From positions 34,085 to 98,084 of the forward strand of contig CAXTAK010000013.1 of NCBI GenBank assembly GCA_964242735.1: a stretch of 64,000 bases of DNA. The letters run 5' to 3'. Below, in pieces: positions 50,518 to 61,313 of the stretch (position 1 is the stretch's first letter; each line of letters starts with the position of its first letter). The position numbers and the translations under genes are program-made. Below the pieces are notes generated by a model that had not been told where the DNA came from, made no database searches, and was given only the letters and a program-made list of their open reading frames with translations. The DNA is from an uncultured Quadrisphaera sp. GTDB taxonomy: Bacteria > Actinomycetota > Actinomycetes > Actinomycetales > Quadrisphaeraceae.

Positions 50518-51975
50518 TCAGGTCCCGCAGAAGGTCTGGTACGCGCCGAAGTCCGCCGGGGCCCCGGCGGCGTAGCGCTCGAGGCCGGGGCGCTCGTCGT
50601 AGGGAGCGGTCACCGCGGCCAGCAGCCCGCCGAGGGGGCCGAGGTCGCCGTCGGTCGCGGCGGCCAGCGCCTCCTCGACGAGGTGGTTGCGCGGGATGTA
50701 GACGGGGTTCACCGCGTCCAGGCGATCGGCGTCAGGCCCCAGCGCGCGCCAGCGCCGCACCCACGCGTCCATCGCGGCGGTGTCGGGGAGCCCGCGCACG
50801 GGCGCGGCGTCACCCCGCGCGGCCGCGCCCAGCGCGCGGTGCGCCGACGTCCAGTCCACTCGCCCGGCCTGCAGCAGGGTCAGCCACTCCTGCACCAGCG
50901 GCGCGGTCACCGCCTCGGGCAGGTCGCTCGACAGGCCCAGCTTGTCCCGCACCCCGCCCGACCACGCGTCGTCGTACTGGCGGTGGAAGCCGCCGAGGGA
51001 CTCCACCGCGAGCGCCACAGCCCGCTCCCGGTCGCTGTGGAACAGGGGCAGCAGGGCCTCGGCGAGCCGGGCGAGGTTCCACTCCACCATCGCCGGCTGG
51101 TTGCCGTAGGCGTAGCGCCCGTAGCGGTCGATCGAGCTGTGCACCGTGGCCGGGTCGTACGCCTCCAGGAAGGCGCACGGCCCGTAGTCGATGGTCTCCC
51201 CCGAGATCGTCGTGTTGTCGGTGTTCATCACCCCGTGGATGAACCCCACGAGCATCCAGCGGGCCACCAGGGCCGCCTGCGCGGCGACCACCGCCGCGAA
51301 CAGGGCCAGAGCCGGGCGCTCGGCGTCCGCGGCCCCGGGGTGGTGACGGGCGATCGCGTGGTCGGTGAGGCGGCGCAGCAGGTCGACGTCGCCGCTCGCG
51401 GCCGCGTACTGGAAGCTGCCCACCCGCAGGTGGCTGCTCGCGACCCGGGCGAGCACCGCTCCCGGCAGGGGTGTCTCACGGCGCACCACCCGCCCCGTCG
51501 CCACGACGCCCAGGGACCGGGTGGTGGGCACGCCGAGGGCGTGCATCGCCTCGCTGATGACGTGCTCGCGCAACATCGGCCCCACCGCCGCCAACCCGTC
51601 GCCCGCGCGGGCGAACGGGGTGCGCCCGGAGCCCTTCAGGTGCAGGTCGCGCGGGTGCCCGTCGGCGTGGGCGAGCTCCCCGAGCAGCAGGGCGCGCCCA
51701 TCGCCCAGCCGGGGGGACCACCCGCCGAACTGGTGCCCCGAGTAGGCCTGCGCGACCGGTGCGGCGCCGTCGGGCACGTGAGCGCCGACCAGCAGGCGCA
51801 CCCCCTCGGGGCTCGCCAGCCAGGTGGGGTCCACCCCCAGCTCGAGCGCCAGCGGCTCGTTGAGCACCAGCAGGCGCGGGTCGGGGGCCTCCTCCGCCTG
51901 CCAGGGCACGGCCATCTCGGGGAGGTCGCGGGCGAAGCGGGCGCCGAGGGTGACGGTCGACGTCGCGGTGCTCAC
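50518..51975 (-). CDS. selO: Protein adenylyltransferase SelO (YdiU)
   Basis: YSGHQFG.W...LGDGRA, LKGSG.TPF.R.GDG and [11 protein letters not shown] are SelO signatures. Confidence 0.93.
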   Translation of the reverse strand: MSTATSTVTLGARFARDLPEMAVPWQAEEAPDPRLLVLNEPLALELGVDPTWLASPEGVRLLVGAHVPDGAAPVAQAYSGHQFGGWSPRLGDGRALLLGELAHADGHPRDLHLKGSGRTPFARAGDGLAAVGPMLREHVISEAMHALGVPTTRSLGVVATGRVVRRETPLPGAVLARVASSHLRVGSFQYAAASGDVDLLRRLTDHAIARHHPGAADAERPALALFAAVVAAQAALVARWMLVGFIHGVMNTDNTTISGETIDYGPCAFLEAYDPATVHSSIDRYGRYAYGNQPAMVEWNLARLAEALLPLFHSDRERAVALAVESLGGFHRQYDDAWSGGVRDKLGLSSDLPEAVTAPLVQEWLTLLQAGRVDWTSAHRALGAAARGDAAPVRGLPDTAAMDAWVRRWRALGPDADRLDAVNPVYIPRNHLVEEALAAATDGDLGPLGGLLAAVTAPYDERPGLERYAAGAPADFGAYQTFCGT

Positions 51976-52012
51976 CCGCCCGAGGGTACTGGCTGCGCCG
52001 TCGCACGACCCG

Positions 52013-53002
52013 TCAGCGGCCGGGCGCCCGGGGGCCCGCGGCGATGGTCGCGGCGAGGTCGAGCAGCGAGCGGCGGTAGTGCTCGGGGGTGTACCGGGCG
52101 AGGACGCTGGCCCGCGCCGCCGCGCCCATGGCGGCGTAGCGCTGCGCGTGGGCGGGGTCGAGGACGTCCTCCAGGGCCGCGCGCAGCGCCCCGGGCTCTG
52201 GCGGCACGACCACGCCGGTGACCCCGTCCTCCACGTGGTCGCGGACCCCCGGCGCGTCGGTGACGACCACGGGCTTGCCCAGCAGCATGGCGCTGAGGAA
52301 CGTCTGCTGGCCCGCCGAGCGGGCGGCGACGCGCAGCGGCACCACGCACGCGCGGCACCCGCGCAGCAGATCGGTGAACTCCCGCGGGCTCACCGTCGCG
52401 GCCAGTACTCGAGAGGAGGGGTCAGCGGGGCGCCATGCGGCGGCGACGCGGACGTCGGCCCGCAGGCCGGCGACCGCCGCCTCGAGCAGGTCGTAGTCGC
52501 GCAGGGAGTCGCCCCCGGCGAACAGGTACCCGCCGTCCCCGGTGGGCACCTGGTCGGCGGGGTCCCACAGCGTGTGGGAGAAGGGGGTGACGTGCACGCG
52601 GGCGCGCTCGACCCCCCAGGTGCGCGCGAAGGCCCGCTGCTCGTCGGTGGAGAGCACCGCGTAGTGGGTGCGGGGGGAGTCCAGGGCCGTCACGGCGGTG
52701 CGCGCGAACCACGGCACCAGCGCGGCCAGCGCCGGGAGGCGCCGGGCGAGGGCGGCGCTGCCGACCTCCCACGTGGCGTCGGTGATCAGCAGGTGGCAGC
52801 GCGGCACCGTCCAGCGCACCACCAGCGCCGCGACCAGGTCGCGGTAGAGCAGCCGCGCGGGCACCGCCCCGAGCAGGATCAGCACCCGGCGGCGCCGCGC
52901 CTCGCGGACGAGGTGGGCGGCGACCCGCCAGCTGCGCCGCAGCACCCTGGCGTCGACCACGGCCACCGCGTCGTTCCACGCGGGGTCGCCGTCGGCCCAC
53001 AT
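52013..53002 (-). CDS. GT-B fold glycosyltransferase (GT4-like)
   Basis: The C-terminal motif reads [36 protein letters not shown]. The start is ATG 53002, or possibly GTG 53032. Confidence 0.78.
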   Translation of the reverse strand: MWADGDPAWNDAVAVVDARVLRRSWRVAAHLVREARRRRVLILLGAVPARLLYRDLVAALVVRWTVPRCHLLITDATWEVGSAALARRLPALAALVPWFARTAVTALDSPRTHYAVLSTDEQRAFARTWGVERARVHVTPFSHTLWDPADQVPTGDGGYLFAGGDSLRDYDLLEAAVAGLRADVRVAAAWRPADPSSRVLAATVSPREFTDLLRGCRACVVPLRVAARSAGQQTFLSAMLLGKPVVVTDAPGVRDHVEDGVTGVVVPPEPGALRAALEDVLDPAHAQRYAAMGAAARASVLARYTPEHYRRSLLDLAATIAAGPRAPGR

Positions 53003-53097
53003 CGAGCTGGCGAAGGGCCGGGCGTCAGCCACGGCGGCCCGCGCCGCAGCGCGCCGACCGGTCACCGGCCGCCGACCGGCCCACGCCCGCCGACCGA

Positions 53098-54717
53098 TCA
53101 GGCGCCGGCCCGCACCGAGGGCAGGCCGAGGCCCACCCGGGTGGGCGAGCCGCCCACCACCGGGACGCCCACCACCGGGACGTCCTGCACCGGCACCCCG
53201 CACGAGCTCGCCCGGCGACGGTCCCACGCGTCCCCCGCGCGGGTGCGGCGCAGCGCGTACGGCGCGGGCGTGCGGTCACTGCGCACGGCGTCGGCGACGA
53301 GGTGGTGCGGGGCGGCGTGGGTGACCTCCACGGACACCACGTCCCCCGGCCTCGGCGCGCGCGCGCCGTCCGGCACCGCGACGTGCACCAGCCGCCCGTC
53401 GCGCGCCCGCCCCGACACCCGCGACGTCGCGCCGTCCTTGCGCCCCTCGCCCTCGGCGACCAGCACCTCCACCACGGCGCCGAGCTGGGTGCGCGCCTCC
53501 GCCAGGCCCACCCGCTCCTGCACCTGCACGAGGCGCTCGTAACGCTCCTGCACCACGGCCTTCGGCACCTGCCCGCCCATGGTCGCCGCGGGGGTGCCCG
53601 GGCGCGGGGAGTACTGGAAGGTGAACGCCGAGGAGAACCGGCTGGCCTCGACCACGGCCAGGGTCTGGGCGAAGTCGGCCTCGCCCTCCCCGGGGAACCC
53701 GACGATGACGTCGGTGGTGATCGCCGCGTGCGGCATCGCCGCGCGCACCCGCTCCAGGATGCCGAGGAAGCGCTCCGCCCGGTAGGAGCGGCGCATCGCG
53801 CGCAGCACCGCGTCGGAGCCGGACTGCAGCGGCATGTGCAGCTGCGGGGCCACGTTCGCCGTGCTCGCCATGGCGTCGATGACGTCATCGGTGAACGAGG
53901 CGGGGTGGGGGCTGGTGAAGCGCACCCGCTCCAGGCCCTGCACCGTGCCGCAGGCGCGCAGCAGCGCGGCGAAGGCCCCGCGGTCCCCACCCGGGCCGAA
54001 CCCCGCGCCGTAGCTGTTGACGTTCTGCCCCAGCAGGGTCACCTCGATGACGCCGTCGGCGACCAGGGCCTCGACCTCGGCGAGGACCTCCTCGGGGCGG
54101 CGGTCCCGCTCCTTGCCGCGCAGCGAGGGCACGATGCAGAAGGTGCACGTGTTGTTGCACCCCACGCTGATCGAGACCCACCCCGATGCCGCGGACGCGC
54201 GCGCGGTCGGCAGCGCGGAGGGGAAGACCTCGAGGGCCTCGAGGATCTCCACGGCCGCCTCCCCGTTGTGCCGTGCCCGGTCCAGCAGCGCGGGCAGGGA
54301 GCCGGTGTTGTGCGTGCCGAAGACGACATCGACGTGCGGGGCCCGCTCGACGATGACGTCGCGATCCTTCTGCGCCAGGCACCCGCCGACGGCGATCTGC
54401 ATGCCGGGGCGGCGGGCCTTGATCGGGGCGAGCTGCCCGAGGTTGCCGTAGAGCCGGTTGTCGGCGTTCTCGCGGACCGCGCACGTGTTGAAGACCACGA
54501 CGTCGACCTCCCCGGCCTTCGCCGCCGCGTCGTCGGCCCTCGCGTACCCCGCGCCCTCGAGCAGCCCGGAGAGCCGCTCGGAGTCGTGCACGTTCATCTG
54601 GCACCCGTAGGTCCGGACGGCGTACGTGCGGGCCGTGCAGTCGGCGTCCGCGGCGGAGGGGGCCGCGGCGGAGGGGGCCGCGGCGGAGGGGGCCGTGGTG
54701 CTGGCAGCGGGGACCAC
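53098..54717 (-). CDS. miaB: tRNA (N6-isopentenyl adenosine-37-C2)-methylthiotransferase
   Basis: YGCQMN and the radical-SAM motif [11 protein letters not shown] are present, with a TRAM domain at the C-terminus. The start is uncertain (GTG 54717 chosen to avoid overlap with the divergent gene). Confidence 0.92.
   Translation of the reverse strand: MVPAASTTAPSAAAPSAAAPSAADADCTARTYAVRTYGCQMNVHDSERLSGLLEGAGYARADDAAAKAGEVDVVVFNTCAVRENADNRLYGNLGQLAPIKARRPGMQIAVGGCLAQKDRDVIVERAPHVDVVFGTHNTGSLPALLDRARHNGEAAVEILEALEVFPSALPTARASAASGWVSISVGCNNTCTFCIVPSLRGKERDRRPEEVLAEVEALVADGVIEVTLLGQNVNSYGAGFGPGGDRGAFAALLRACGTVQGLERVRFTSPHPASFTDDVIDAMASTANVAPQLHMPLQSGSDAVLRAMRRSYRAERFLGILERVRAAMPHAAITTDVIVGFPGEGEADFAQTLAVVEASRFSSAFTFQYSPRPGTPAATMGGQVPKAVVQERYERLVQVQERVGLAEARTQLGAVVEVLVAEGEGRKDGATSRVSGRARDGRLVHVAVPDGARAPRPGDVVSVEVTHAAPHHLVADAVRSDRTPAPYALRRTRAGDAWDRRRASSCGVPVQDVPVVGVPVVGGSPTRVGLGLPSVRAGA
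54651..54695 (-). repeat. Perfect 15-bp tandem repeat x3 (CGGCGGAGGGGGCCG) in the miaB 5' coding extension
   Basis: Read directly from the sequence. It encodes the (PSAAA)3-type repeat seen in [15 protein letters not shown]. Confidence 0.9.
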
Positions 54718-54736
54718 CGCGCCAGGATAGGTCGCT

Positions 54737-55504
54737 GTGAGCACCGTGGAACCGATCACCGACGCCGCCCCGCCCCTGCGGGGGCCGGTGATGATGGGCC
54801 AGCGCTGGGTCGACGTCGCGTTCCTGCACTGGGCGGTGGACCCGGCGCTCGTCGAGCCGCTGATGCCCCCCGGGGTGCGCCCCGACGTCCGCGACGGGGT
54901 CACGCACGTGGGGTTCATCCCGTTCGCGATGGTCGGCGCCGGCGTCGGCGCCGGACCCGCGGTGCCGTGGGCGGGCACCTTCCTGGAGACCAACGTGCGC
55001 TTCTACTCCGTGGACGCCACCGGGCGGCGCGGCATCGTCTTCGCCTCCCTCGACGCCGACCGCCTCGCCGTCGTGGCGGGGGCGCGGGCCGCCTTCGGCC
55101 TGCCGTACCGGTGGTCGCGGATGTCCCTGGACGAGCGCGAGGTCGGCGGGTCGCGGGAGCTGCTGTACCGCACGGAACTGCGCGGACGCCGCTCCGGCGC
55201 CGCCAGCCGCCTGCACCTGCGGGTCGGGACGGCACCGCTGCGCGGCGAGGACGCCGAGCTGCACGCCTTCCTGACCAACCGGTGGGGCCTGCACGAGCGG
55301 CACCTGGGGCGCAGCTGGTACGTGCCCAACGAGCACGGGGCGTGGCCCCTGGTGGGTGCGGAGGTGCTGGACCTCGACGACGACCTCGTGCCGGCCGCCG
55401 GGGTGCCCGGCATCGCCGGCCGCGCACCGGACCACGTGGCCTTCTCGGCCGGGGTGACCACCCGCTTCGGGCTGCCCACCGACGGGAGGAAGCCCCGGCG
55501 GTGA
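54737..55504 (+). CDS. DUF2071 (YqjF-like) domain protein
   Basis: The W.DV.FLHW.VDP..V..L.P.G...D...G....G.IPF.M pattern is typical of DUF2071. Confidence 0.78.
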   Translation: MSTVEPITDAAPPLRGPVMMGQRWVDVAFLHWAVDPALVEPLMPPGVRPDVRDGVTHVGFIPFAMVGAGVGAGPAVPWAGTFLETNVRFYSVDATGRRGIVFASLDADRLAVVAGARAAFGLPYRWSRMSLDEREVGGSRELLYRTELRGRRSGAASRLHLRVGTAPLRGEDAELHAFLTNRWGLHERHLGRSWYVPNEHGAWPLVGAEVLDLDDDLVPAAGVPGIAGRAPDHVAFSAGVTTRFGLPTDGRKPRR

Positions 55505-55584
55505 GCGGCTGGCGCAGGTCACGGTCGGATGACGACACCGGTCCGGGCACACGCTCCGAGGCCGCTCGGCCCTACGGTCCGCGG

Positions 55585-56346
55585 GTGAGCGCCACCACGA
55601 CCGGGGCAGGGACGCCGCTCGTCGTCCTCGCCGGGGTGGACAAGCACTTCGGCGACCTGCACGTGCTCCGCGGCATCGACCTGACCGTGCACACCGGTGA
55701 GGTGCTCGTCGTCATCGGCCCCTCCGGGTCGGGCAAGTCGACGCTGTGCCGCACGATCAACCGCCTGGAGACCATCGACGGCGGCTCCATCACCCTCGAC
55801 GGCCGGGCCCTGCCCGAGGAGGGGCGCCAGCTCGCGCAGCTGCGGGCCGACGTCGGCATGGTCTTCCAGTCCTTCAACCTCTTCGCGCACCTCACCGTGC
55901 TGGAGAACGTCACCCTCGGCCCCGTCAGGGTGCGCCGGCTCGCGCGGGCGGACGCCGACCGCCGCGGCCGCGAGCTGCTCGACCGGGTGGGCGTGGGGAA
56001 CCAAGCGGGCAAGCACCCGGCGCAGCTCTCCGGCGGGCAGCAGCAGCGCGTCGCGATCGCCCGGGCGCTCGCCATGGACCCGAAGGTCATGCTCTTCGAC
56101 GAGCCCACGTCCGCGCTCGACCCGGAGATGATCAACGAGGTCCTCGACGTGATGACCCAGCTCGCCCGCGACGGGATGACGATGGTCGTCGTCACCCACG
56201 AGATGGGCTTCGCCCGCCGCGCCGCCGACCGCGTGGTGTTCATGGACGGTGGCGAGATCGTCGAGCAGGCCCCACCCGGGCAGTTCTTCACCGCGCCGAC
56301 CTCCGCGCGCGCGAGGGACTTCCTCTCCAAGATCCTCACTCACTGA
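55585..56346 (+). CDS. gluA: Glutamate/polar amino-acid ABC transporter ATP-binding protein
   Basis: Walker [25 protein letters not shown] and Walker [11 protein letters not shown]. Confidence 0.9.
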   Translation: MSATTTGAGTPLVVLAGVDKHFGDLHVLRGIDLTVHTGEVLVVIGPSGSGKSTLCRTINRLETIDGGSITLDGRALPEEGRQLAQLRADVGMVFQSFNLFAHLTVLENVTLGPVRVRRLARADADRRGRELLDRVGVGNQAGKHPAQLSGGQQQRVAIARALAMDPKVMLFDEPTSALDPEMINEVLDVMTQLARDGMTMVVVTHEMGFARRAADRVVFMDGGEIVEQAPPGQFFTAPTSARARDFLSKILTH

Positions 56347-56387
56347 CCACCGCCCGCTCCCCCAGCCACCGCACCGAGGAGAACTCC

Positions 56388-57302
56388 GTGACCCTGCGCC
56401 GCACCGTCCCCACCCCCGGACTGATCACCGCCGGACTGATCACCGCCGCCCTGGGCCTGGCCGGCTGCGGGGGCTCCACCCAGGACGCCGCGGAGCCCGC
56501 CACCCCCGCGCCGGCGGAGGAGGCGGAGTTCCCCGCCGACAGCACCATGGCGAGGATCGTCGAGGCCGGGGAGCTGCGGGTCGGCACGAAGTACGACCAG
56601 CCCGGCTTCGGGCTCACGGGCCTCGAGGGCGACCCGGAGGGTTTCGACGTGGAGATCGCGCAGTACATCGCCGCGGAGCTGGGCCTCGCGGAGGACGCCA
56701 TCACGTACACCGAGAGCCCCAGCGCCGATCGCGAGACCCTCATCGTCAACGAGGACGTCGACCTCGTGGTCGCCACGTACACCATCAACGACAAGCGCAA
56801 GGAGCAGATCACCTTCGCCGGCCCCTACTACCTGGCGGGGCAGCAGATCATGGTCGCCGCCGGGGACGACACCGTCGCCGGACCCGAGGACCTCGCGGCC
56901 AACCCCGACTTCACCATCTGCTCCGTCACCGGCTCCACCCCGGCGGAGAACATCCGCGAGTACCTCGCCGCCCCCGAGCAGCTCGTGGAGTTCGAGGGCT
57001 ACGACGACTGCGTCGCCGCCATGGACACCGGTCAGGTGCAGGCGACGACCACCGACAACGTGATCCTCACCGGGTACGTCGCCGAGAGCGAGGGGAAGTT
57101 CGAGCTGGTGGGTGAGCAGTTCACCGAGGAGCCGTACGGCATCGGCCTGACCAAGGGCGACGTGGAGTTCTGCGAGTTCATCAACGAGGCCCTGGCCTCG
57201 GCGGAGGAGGACGGCGCCTACGAGAGCGCGTGGACGTCGACCGCCGGGCAGTACGAGGGCACCGAGGTGCCGACCCTGCCCGAGGCGGAGCCCTGCGTCT
57301 GA
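56388..57302 (+). CDS. gluB: Glutamate ABC transporter substrate-binding lipoprotein
   Basis: Lipobox LAGC and the type-3 SBP pattern LRVGTKYDQPGFG...D..VATYTIN..R. GAGGAG precedes GTG 56388. Confidence 0.85.
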   Translation: MTLRRTVPTPGLITAGLITAALGLAGCGGSTQDAAEPATPAPAEEAEFPADSTMARIVEAGELRVGTKYDQPGFGLTGLEGDPEGFDVEIAQYIAAELGLAEDAITYTESPSADRETLIVNEDVDLVVATYTINDKRKEQITFAGPYYLAGQQIMVAAGDDTVAGPEDLAANPDFTICSVTGSTPAENIREYLAAPEQLVEFEGYDDCVAAMDTGQVQATTTDNVILTGYVAESEGKFELVGEQFTEEPYGIGLTKGDVEFCEFINEALASAEEDGAYESAWTSTAGQYEGTEVPTLPEAEPCV

Positions 57303-57332
57303 GCCGGCGCCGCGTCGGCTGTCGCTGACGTC

Positions 57333-57983
57333 GTGGAGGCCTACGTCGACAACCCCGCCCTGTTCTGGTCGGGGTTCCTCACGACGCTCCGGGTGGTCGC
57401 CGTGGCGGGGGTCGGGTCCGTGGTCGTCGGCACCGTGGTCGCGGCAGCCCGCGTGTGCCCGATCCCGGTGCTGCGTGGCGCGGGCGCCGCGTACGTCACG
57501 GTCCTGCGCAACACCCCGCTCGCGGTGCTGCTCTTCTTCTCCGCCTTCGGCATCCCCACCCTCGGGATCAACGCCAGCTACTACGTCCTGGGCGTCAGCG
57601 CGCTGGTGCTGTACACGGCGTCCTTCGTGTGCGAGGCCGAGCGCGCGGGCATCAACGCGGTGCCGCCCGGGCAGGCGGAGGCGGCGCGGGCCATCGGGCT
57701 CGGCTTCGCCACCACGCTGACGGCGGTGGTGCTGCCGCAGGCGCTGCGCGCGGTGGTGCCCCCGCTGGGCAACGTGCTGATCGCCATGGTGAAGAACTCC
57801 GCGGTGCTCGGGGCGTTCGGCGTCGGCGGGGAGCTGTTCAGCTTCTACACCCGCATGGTCAGCGCCCAGGGGTACCCGCGCCTCGACACCCTCCTCGGCG
57901 TGGCCGTCGGCTACCTGCTCATCACCGTGAGCGCCGGCGCGCTGCTCGCGGTGGCCGAGCGGCGTCTGGCGGTCGCCCGGTGA
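57333..57983 (+). CDS. gluC: Amino-acid ABC transporter permease
   Basis: His/Glu/Gln/Arg-type permease with the GQ.EAARA.GL EAA loop. Confidence 0.85.
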   Translation: MEAYVDNPALFWSGFLTTLRVVAVAGVGSVVVGTVVAAARVCPIPVLRGAGAAYVTVLRNTPLAVLLFFSAFGIPTLGINASYYVLGVSALVLYTASFVCEAERAGINAVPPGQAEAARAIGLGFATTLTAVVLPQALRAVVPPLGNVLIAMVKNSAVLGAFGVGGELFSFYTRMVSAQGYPRLDTLLGVAVGYLLITVSAGALLAVAERRLAVAR

Positions 57984-58876
57984 GCGCGCCGGGCGCCACG
58001 GTGCTCTTCGACGCCCCGGGGCCGCGCACCCGGCGGCGGGTGCTCATCGGCAGCGTGGTGGCTGTGGTCGTCCTCCTCGCCGCGGTGGCCGCGGCGGTGG
58101 CGAGGCTCGCCGAGCGCGGGCAGTTCGACGCCTCCCTGTGGGGCCCGCTGGTCGACCCGGGCACCACGGAGTTCCCCCTGGTGTGGGGGCGCATCGGGGC
58201 GGGCCTGGCGCTGACCCTGCGGGCCGCGGCCGCGGCGATGGTGGCGTCCGTGGTGCTGGGGACGGTGATCGCGGCGGTGCGGCTCAGCCTGGGCCGGAGA
58301 GCGCGCCTGCCGCTGGTGGCCCTCGTGGAGCTGCTGCGGGGGCTGCCCGTCGTGGTCACGATCGTCCTCGTCAGCGTGCTGCTGCCCGCGGTCGGCCTCG
58401 ACCTGGCGCCCTTCTGGTTCCTCGTCATCGGCCTCACCGCGTACAACAGCGTGATCATCAGCGAGATCGTGCGGGCCGGCGTGCTGGCCCTGCCGCGCGG
58501 TCAGGCCGAGGCCGGCCTCGCCGTGGGGCTCACCCCGAGCCAGGTCATGCGCCTGGTGCAGCTGCCCCAGGCGGTGCGCTCGATGCTGCCGGCGCTGATC
58601 AGCCAGCTGGTCGTGGTCCTCAAGGACACGGCGCTGGGCTCGATCGCGCTCACCGTGCTGCAGGACACCCTGTGGCAGGCCGACAGCATCCGTACCGTGC
58701 TGGACAACCCGCTGCAGGTCTACTTCGTCGTCGCGGTCATCTTCATCGCGCTGTGCCTGCTGCTGGACCGCCTCGCCACCTGGGTCGAGCGCCGCCTGAG
58801 CCGTTCGACGTCGAGCCCGGTGCTCGTCGCGGCGCAGGCGGAGGTGCGCGCCAGCGAGGCGAGCGCCGCTGGGTGA
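57980..58876 (+). CDS. gluD: Amino-acid ABC transporter permease
   Basis: The GTG start overlaps the gluC stop (GTGA). The EAA loop reads PRGQAEAGLAVGL. Confidence 0.85.
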   Translation: MSAPGATVLFDAPGPRTRRRVLIGSVVAVVVLLAAVAAAVARLAERGQFDASLWGPLVDPGTTEFPLVWGRIGAGLALTLRAAAAAMVASVVLGTVIAAVRLSLGRRARLPLVALVELLRGLPVVVTIVLVSVLLPAVGLDLAPFWFLVIGLTAYNSVIISEIVRAGVLALPRGQAEAGLAVGLTPSQVMRLVQLPQAVRSMLPALISQLVVVLKDTALGSIALTVLQDTLWQADSIRTVLDNPLQVYFVVAVIFIALCLLLDRLATWVERRLSRSTSSPVLVAAQAEVRASEASAAG

Positions 58877-58957
58877 GCCGGCGGCGGATCCGCGCCTTCG
58901 ATCACCTGCCCGTCATCGATCCCACCCTCACCGGCACCGCCCTCAGCGCTCGCGTCC

Positions 58958-60190
58958 TCACCGGTACACGCTGGCGTGGAGCGCCTCGACCTCCTCCGCT
59001 GGGGCGACCCGCGGGTTGTTCGCCGGTGACCCCGACGCCAGGGCCTGGCGGGCCATGAGCGGTGTCAGCGCCGTCCACGTGCCCTCGTCGATGCCGTGCG
59101 CATGGGGGGTGGGCACCGCCAGGTCCGCGCACAGGGCGCTCAGGGCGACGACGAGGTCGTCGGCCGCGGCGGCGTCGGGGCGGGTCGCGTCGGCCACGCC
59201 GAGCGCGCGAGCGCACACCGCGTACCGGGCCTGCGCGGAGCTCACCGAGAAGGCCGTGACCGCCGGCAGGAGCATCGCGTTGGACAGGCCGTGCGGGACG
59301 TGGAAGTGCGCCCCGACGGGGCGGCTCATGCCGTGCACGAGGGCGACGCCGGCGTTGGAGAAGGCGGTGCCCGCCTGGGTGGCGGCGAGCATCATCGCCT
59401 CCCGCGCGTGGCGGTCACCGCCGTCGGCGACGGCCCGCCGCAGGACCGCGCCGATGGTGGTGATCGCCGAGAGGCAGAGCCCGTCGGAGTACGGGTCGGC
59501 CCTGCGGCTGACGTACGCCTCGATCGCGTGGGTGAGCGCGTCGACCCCCGTGTCGGCCGTCAGGCGCGCCGGCATGGACATCGACAGCTCGAAGTCGATG
59601 ACCGAGGCGACGGGCAGGAACGCCGGCCCGGCACACAGCATCTTCTCGTCGGTGTCGCTGTCAGTGATGATCGTGAACTAGGTGGCCTCGGAGCCGCTGC
59701 CTGCGGTGGTGGGCACGGCGACCACCGGCAGGGCTGGGCCCGTGACGCGCGCCGGGGCCCGGTGCTCGCGCATGTGACCACCGCGGACGGCGAGCAGGGC
59801 GAGGGCCTTCGCGGTGTCCATCGGGCTGCCACCGCCGAAGCCGATGACCGCGTCGGCGCCATGGGCGTGGGCCGCCGCGAGACCGTCGTCGAGCGAGCGG
59901 GTCGTGGAGTCGGGCACGGTGCCGGCGAAGAGGCCCGGTTCGAGGCCCGCGCCGCGCAGGTATCCGAGGAGGCGGTCGGCCGCACCGGTGCCGACGAGGT
60001 AGGTGTCGGTGACCAGCAGCGGGCGCGCCACCCCCAGCGCCGCGACCACCTCGCCGATGTCGGCGACGGCTCCCCCGCCGATCCGCATGGTCCTGGGCTG
60101 GGCCAGGGTGAAGGTGATCGCTGGTCCTCGTCGGTGGTCCGGATGATCATCGGCGTGGTGTCCACCGAGTGCCAGCTCCGCTGCGGTCAC
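58958..60190 (-). pseudogene. Iron-containing (group III) alcohol dehydrogenase interrupted by one in-frame TAG
   Basis: The N-half ends ..VPTTAGSGSEAT, then TAG (59678-59680). It continues in the same frame as FTIITDSDTDEKMLCAG...DALTHAIEAY...HG.SRP.G..FH.PHG. Confidence 0.75.
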
Positions 60191-60758
60191 CGCTCGCCGC
60201 GCACCCTATCGACGCGGCCTGCGGGGCGGCGACCACCGGCGCTCGGCGATGAACTCCGGTGGTCAGCGGCACACTGCTGCCGTGGCGAGGATGCCCGCAG
60301 GGGTGGCCTGCCGAGGGGTCGCGCCTGCGCACCCCTCGTACCGGTCGTGGTGTGGCGGTCGTCGGGGTGCACCGGTGACATCGATGACGTGGCCGTGCAC
60401 CAGGGCGGTGTGGCAGTGCGGATCTCGCTGCAGCTGACGGGTGAGGCCGGCGAGGCAGTGAGGCACCTCGAGGATCTCTCGAGCGGAGGGCGCGCCAGGG
60501 TCGGCACCGATCCCTACTGCTTGTTGGAGACGAGCGCCGAGGCCGACGGCGTGCGCCACCAGCTGGTGCCGAACCCTGTGCAGAGCTCCCCGACGACAGG
60601 GACGGCCGCCGCTGCGTAGGCCCTGACCTCGTCGTACTGGGTGGATCGGCTCCCCTACGACGACCGACTCATCCCGGTGGGGGGGCGGCCCGAACTGGGC
60701 CTGCCGCCGGTCACCGTCGTCCTGCGCCTGGACTCGACCCCCTGAGCCGCTCATCGGG

Positions 60759-61313
60759 TCACTCGTCGAGCACCACGGCGTCGTCGTCGAGCTCGGCGCC
60801 CTCTGCGGCGAGCGCGTCGCGGACCACGGTGATCGCCGTGCTGCCGGCGTACCCCTTGCGCGCGAGGACGCCGGTGAGGCGCCGCAGGCGCGCCTGGGGT
60901 TCCAGACCCGCCGTGCCGGGGAGCCGCTTGGCCACCAGCGCCCGCGCCGCCGCCAGCTCGTCGTCGGGGTCGACCTGCTCCAAGGCCCGAGCCGCCTCCA
61001 GGTCCCCGACCCCCCGGCGGCGCAGCTCGTGAGCGAGCCCGCGTCGCGCCAGACCGCGGGTGACCTGCTGGCTGCGGACCACCACGTCGGCGTACGCCTG
61101 GTCGTCGATGATCGCGAGCTCGGTGTACCGGTCGAGGACCTCCGCGGCGATCTCGTCCTCGATGCCCTTCTGCGCCAGGGCCCGGGCGAGCTCCAGACGG
61201 CTGCGCGGGGAGGCGGCGAGCTTGCGCAGGACGACCGCCCGGGCCAGGGCCCGGGGGTCGTCCTGCGCCCGCTCGTCTACGGGCGGCTCGCCGCCGCGTG
61301 TGCGCCGGCTCAG
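60759..61313 (-). CDS. recX: RecA regulator RecX (start proposed at CTG 61313)
   Basis: RecX repeats read [44 protein letters not shown]. The first ATG/GTG/TTG in frame is at 61085, which would delete repeat 1. CTG 61313 overlaps the recA TGA. Confidence 0.82.
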   Translation of the reverse strand: MSRRTRGGEPPVDERAQDDPRALARAVVLRKLAASPRSRLELARALAQKGIEDEIAAEVLDRYTELAIIDDQAYADVVVRSQQVTRGLARRGLAHELRRRGVGDLEAARALEQVDPDDELAAARALVAKRLPGTAGLEPQARLRRLTGVLARKGYAGSTAITVVRDALAAEGAELDDDAVVLDE

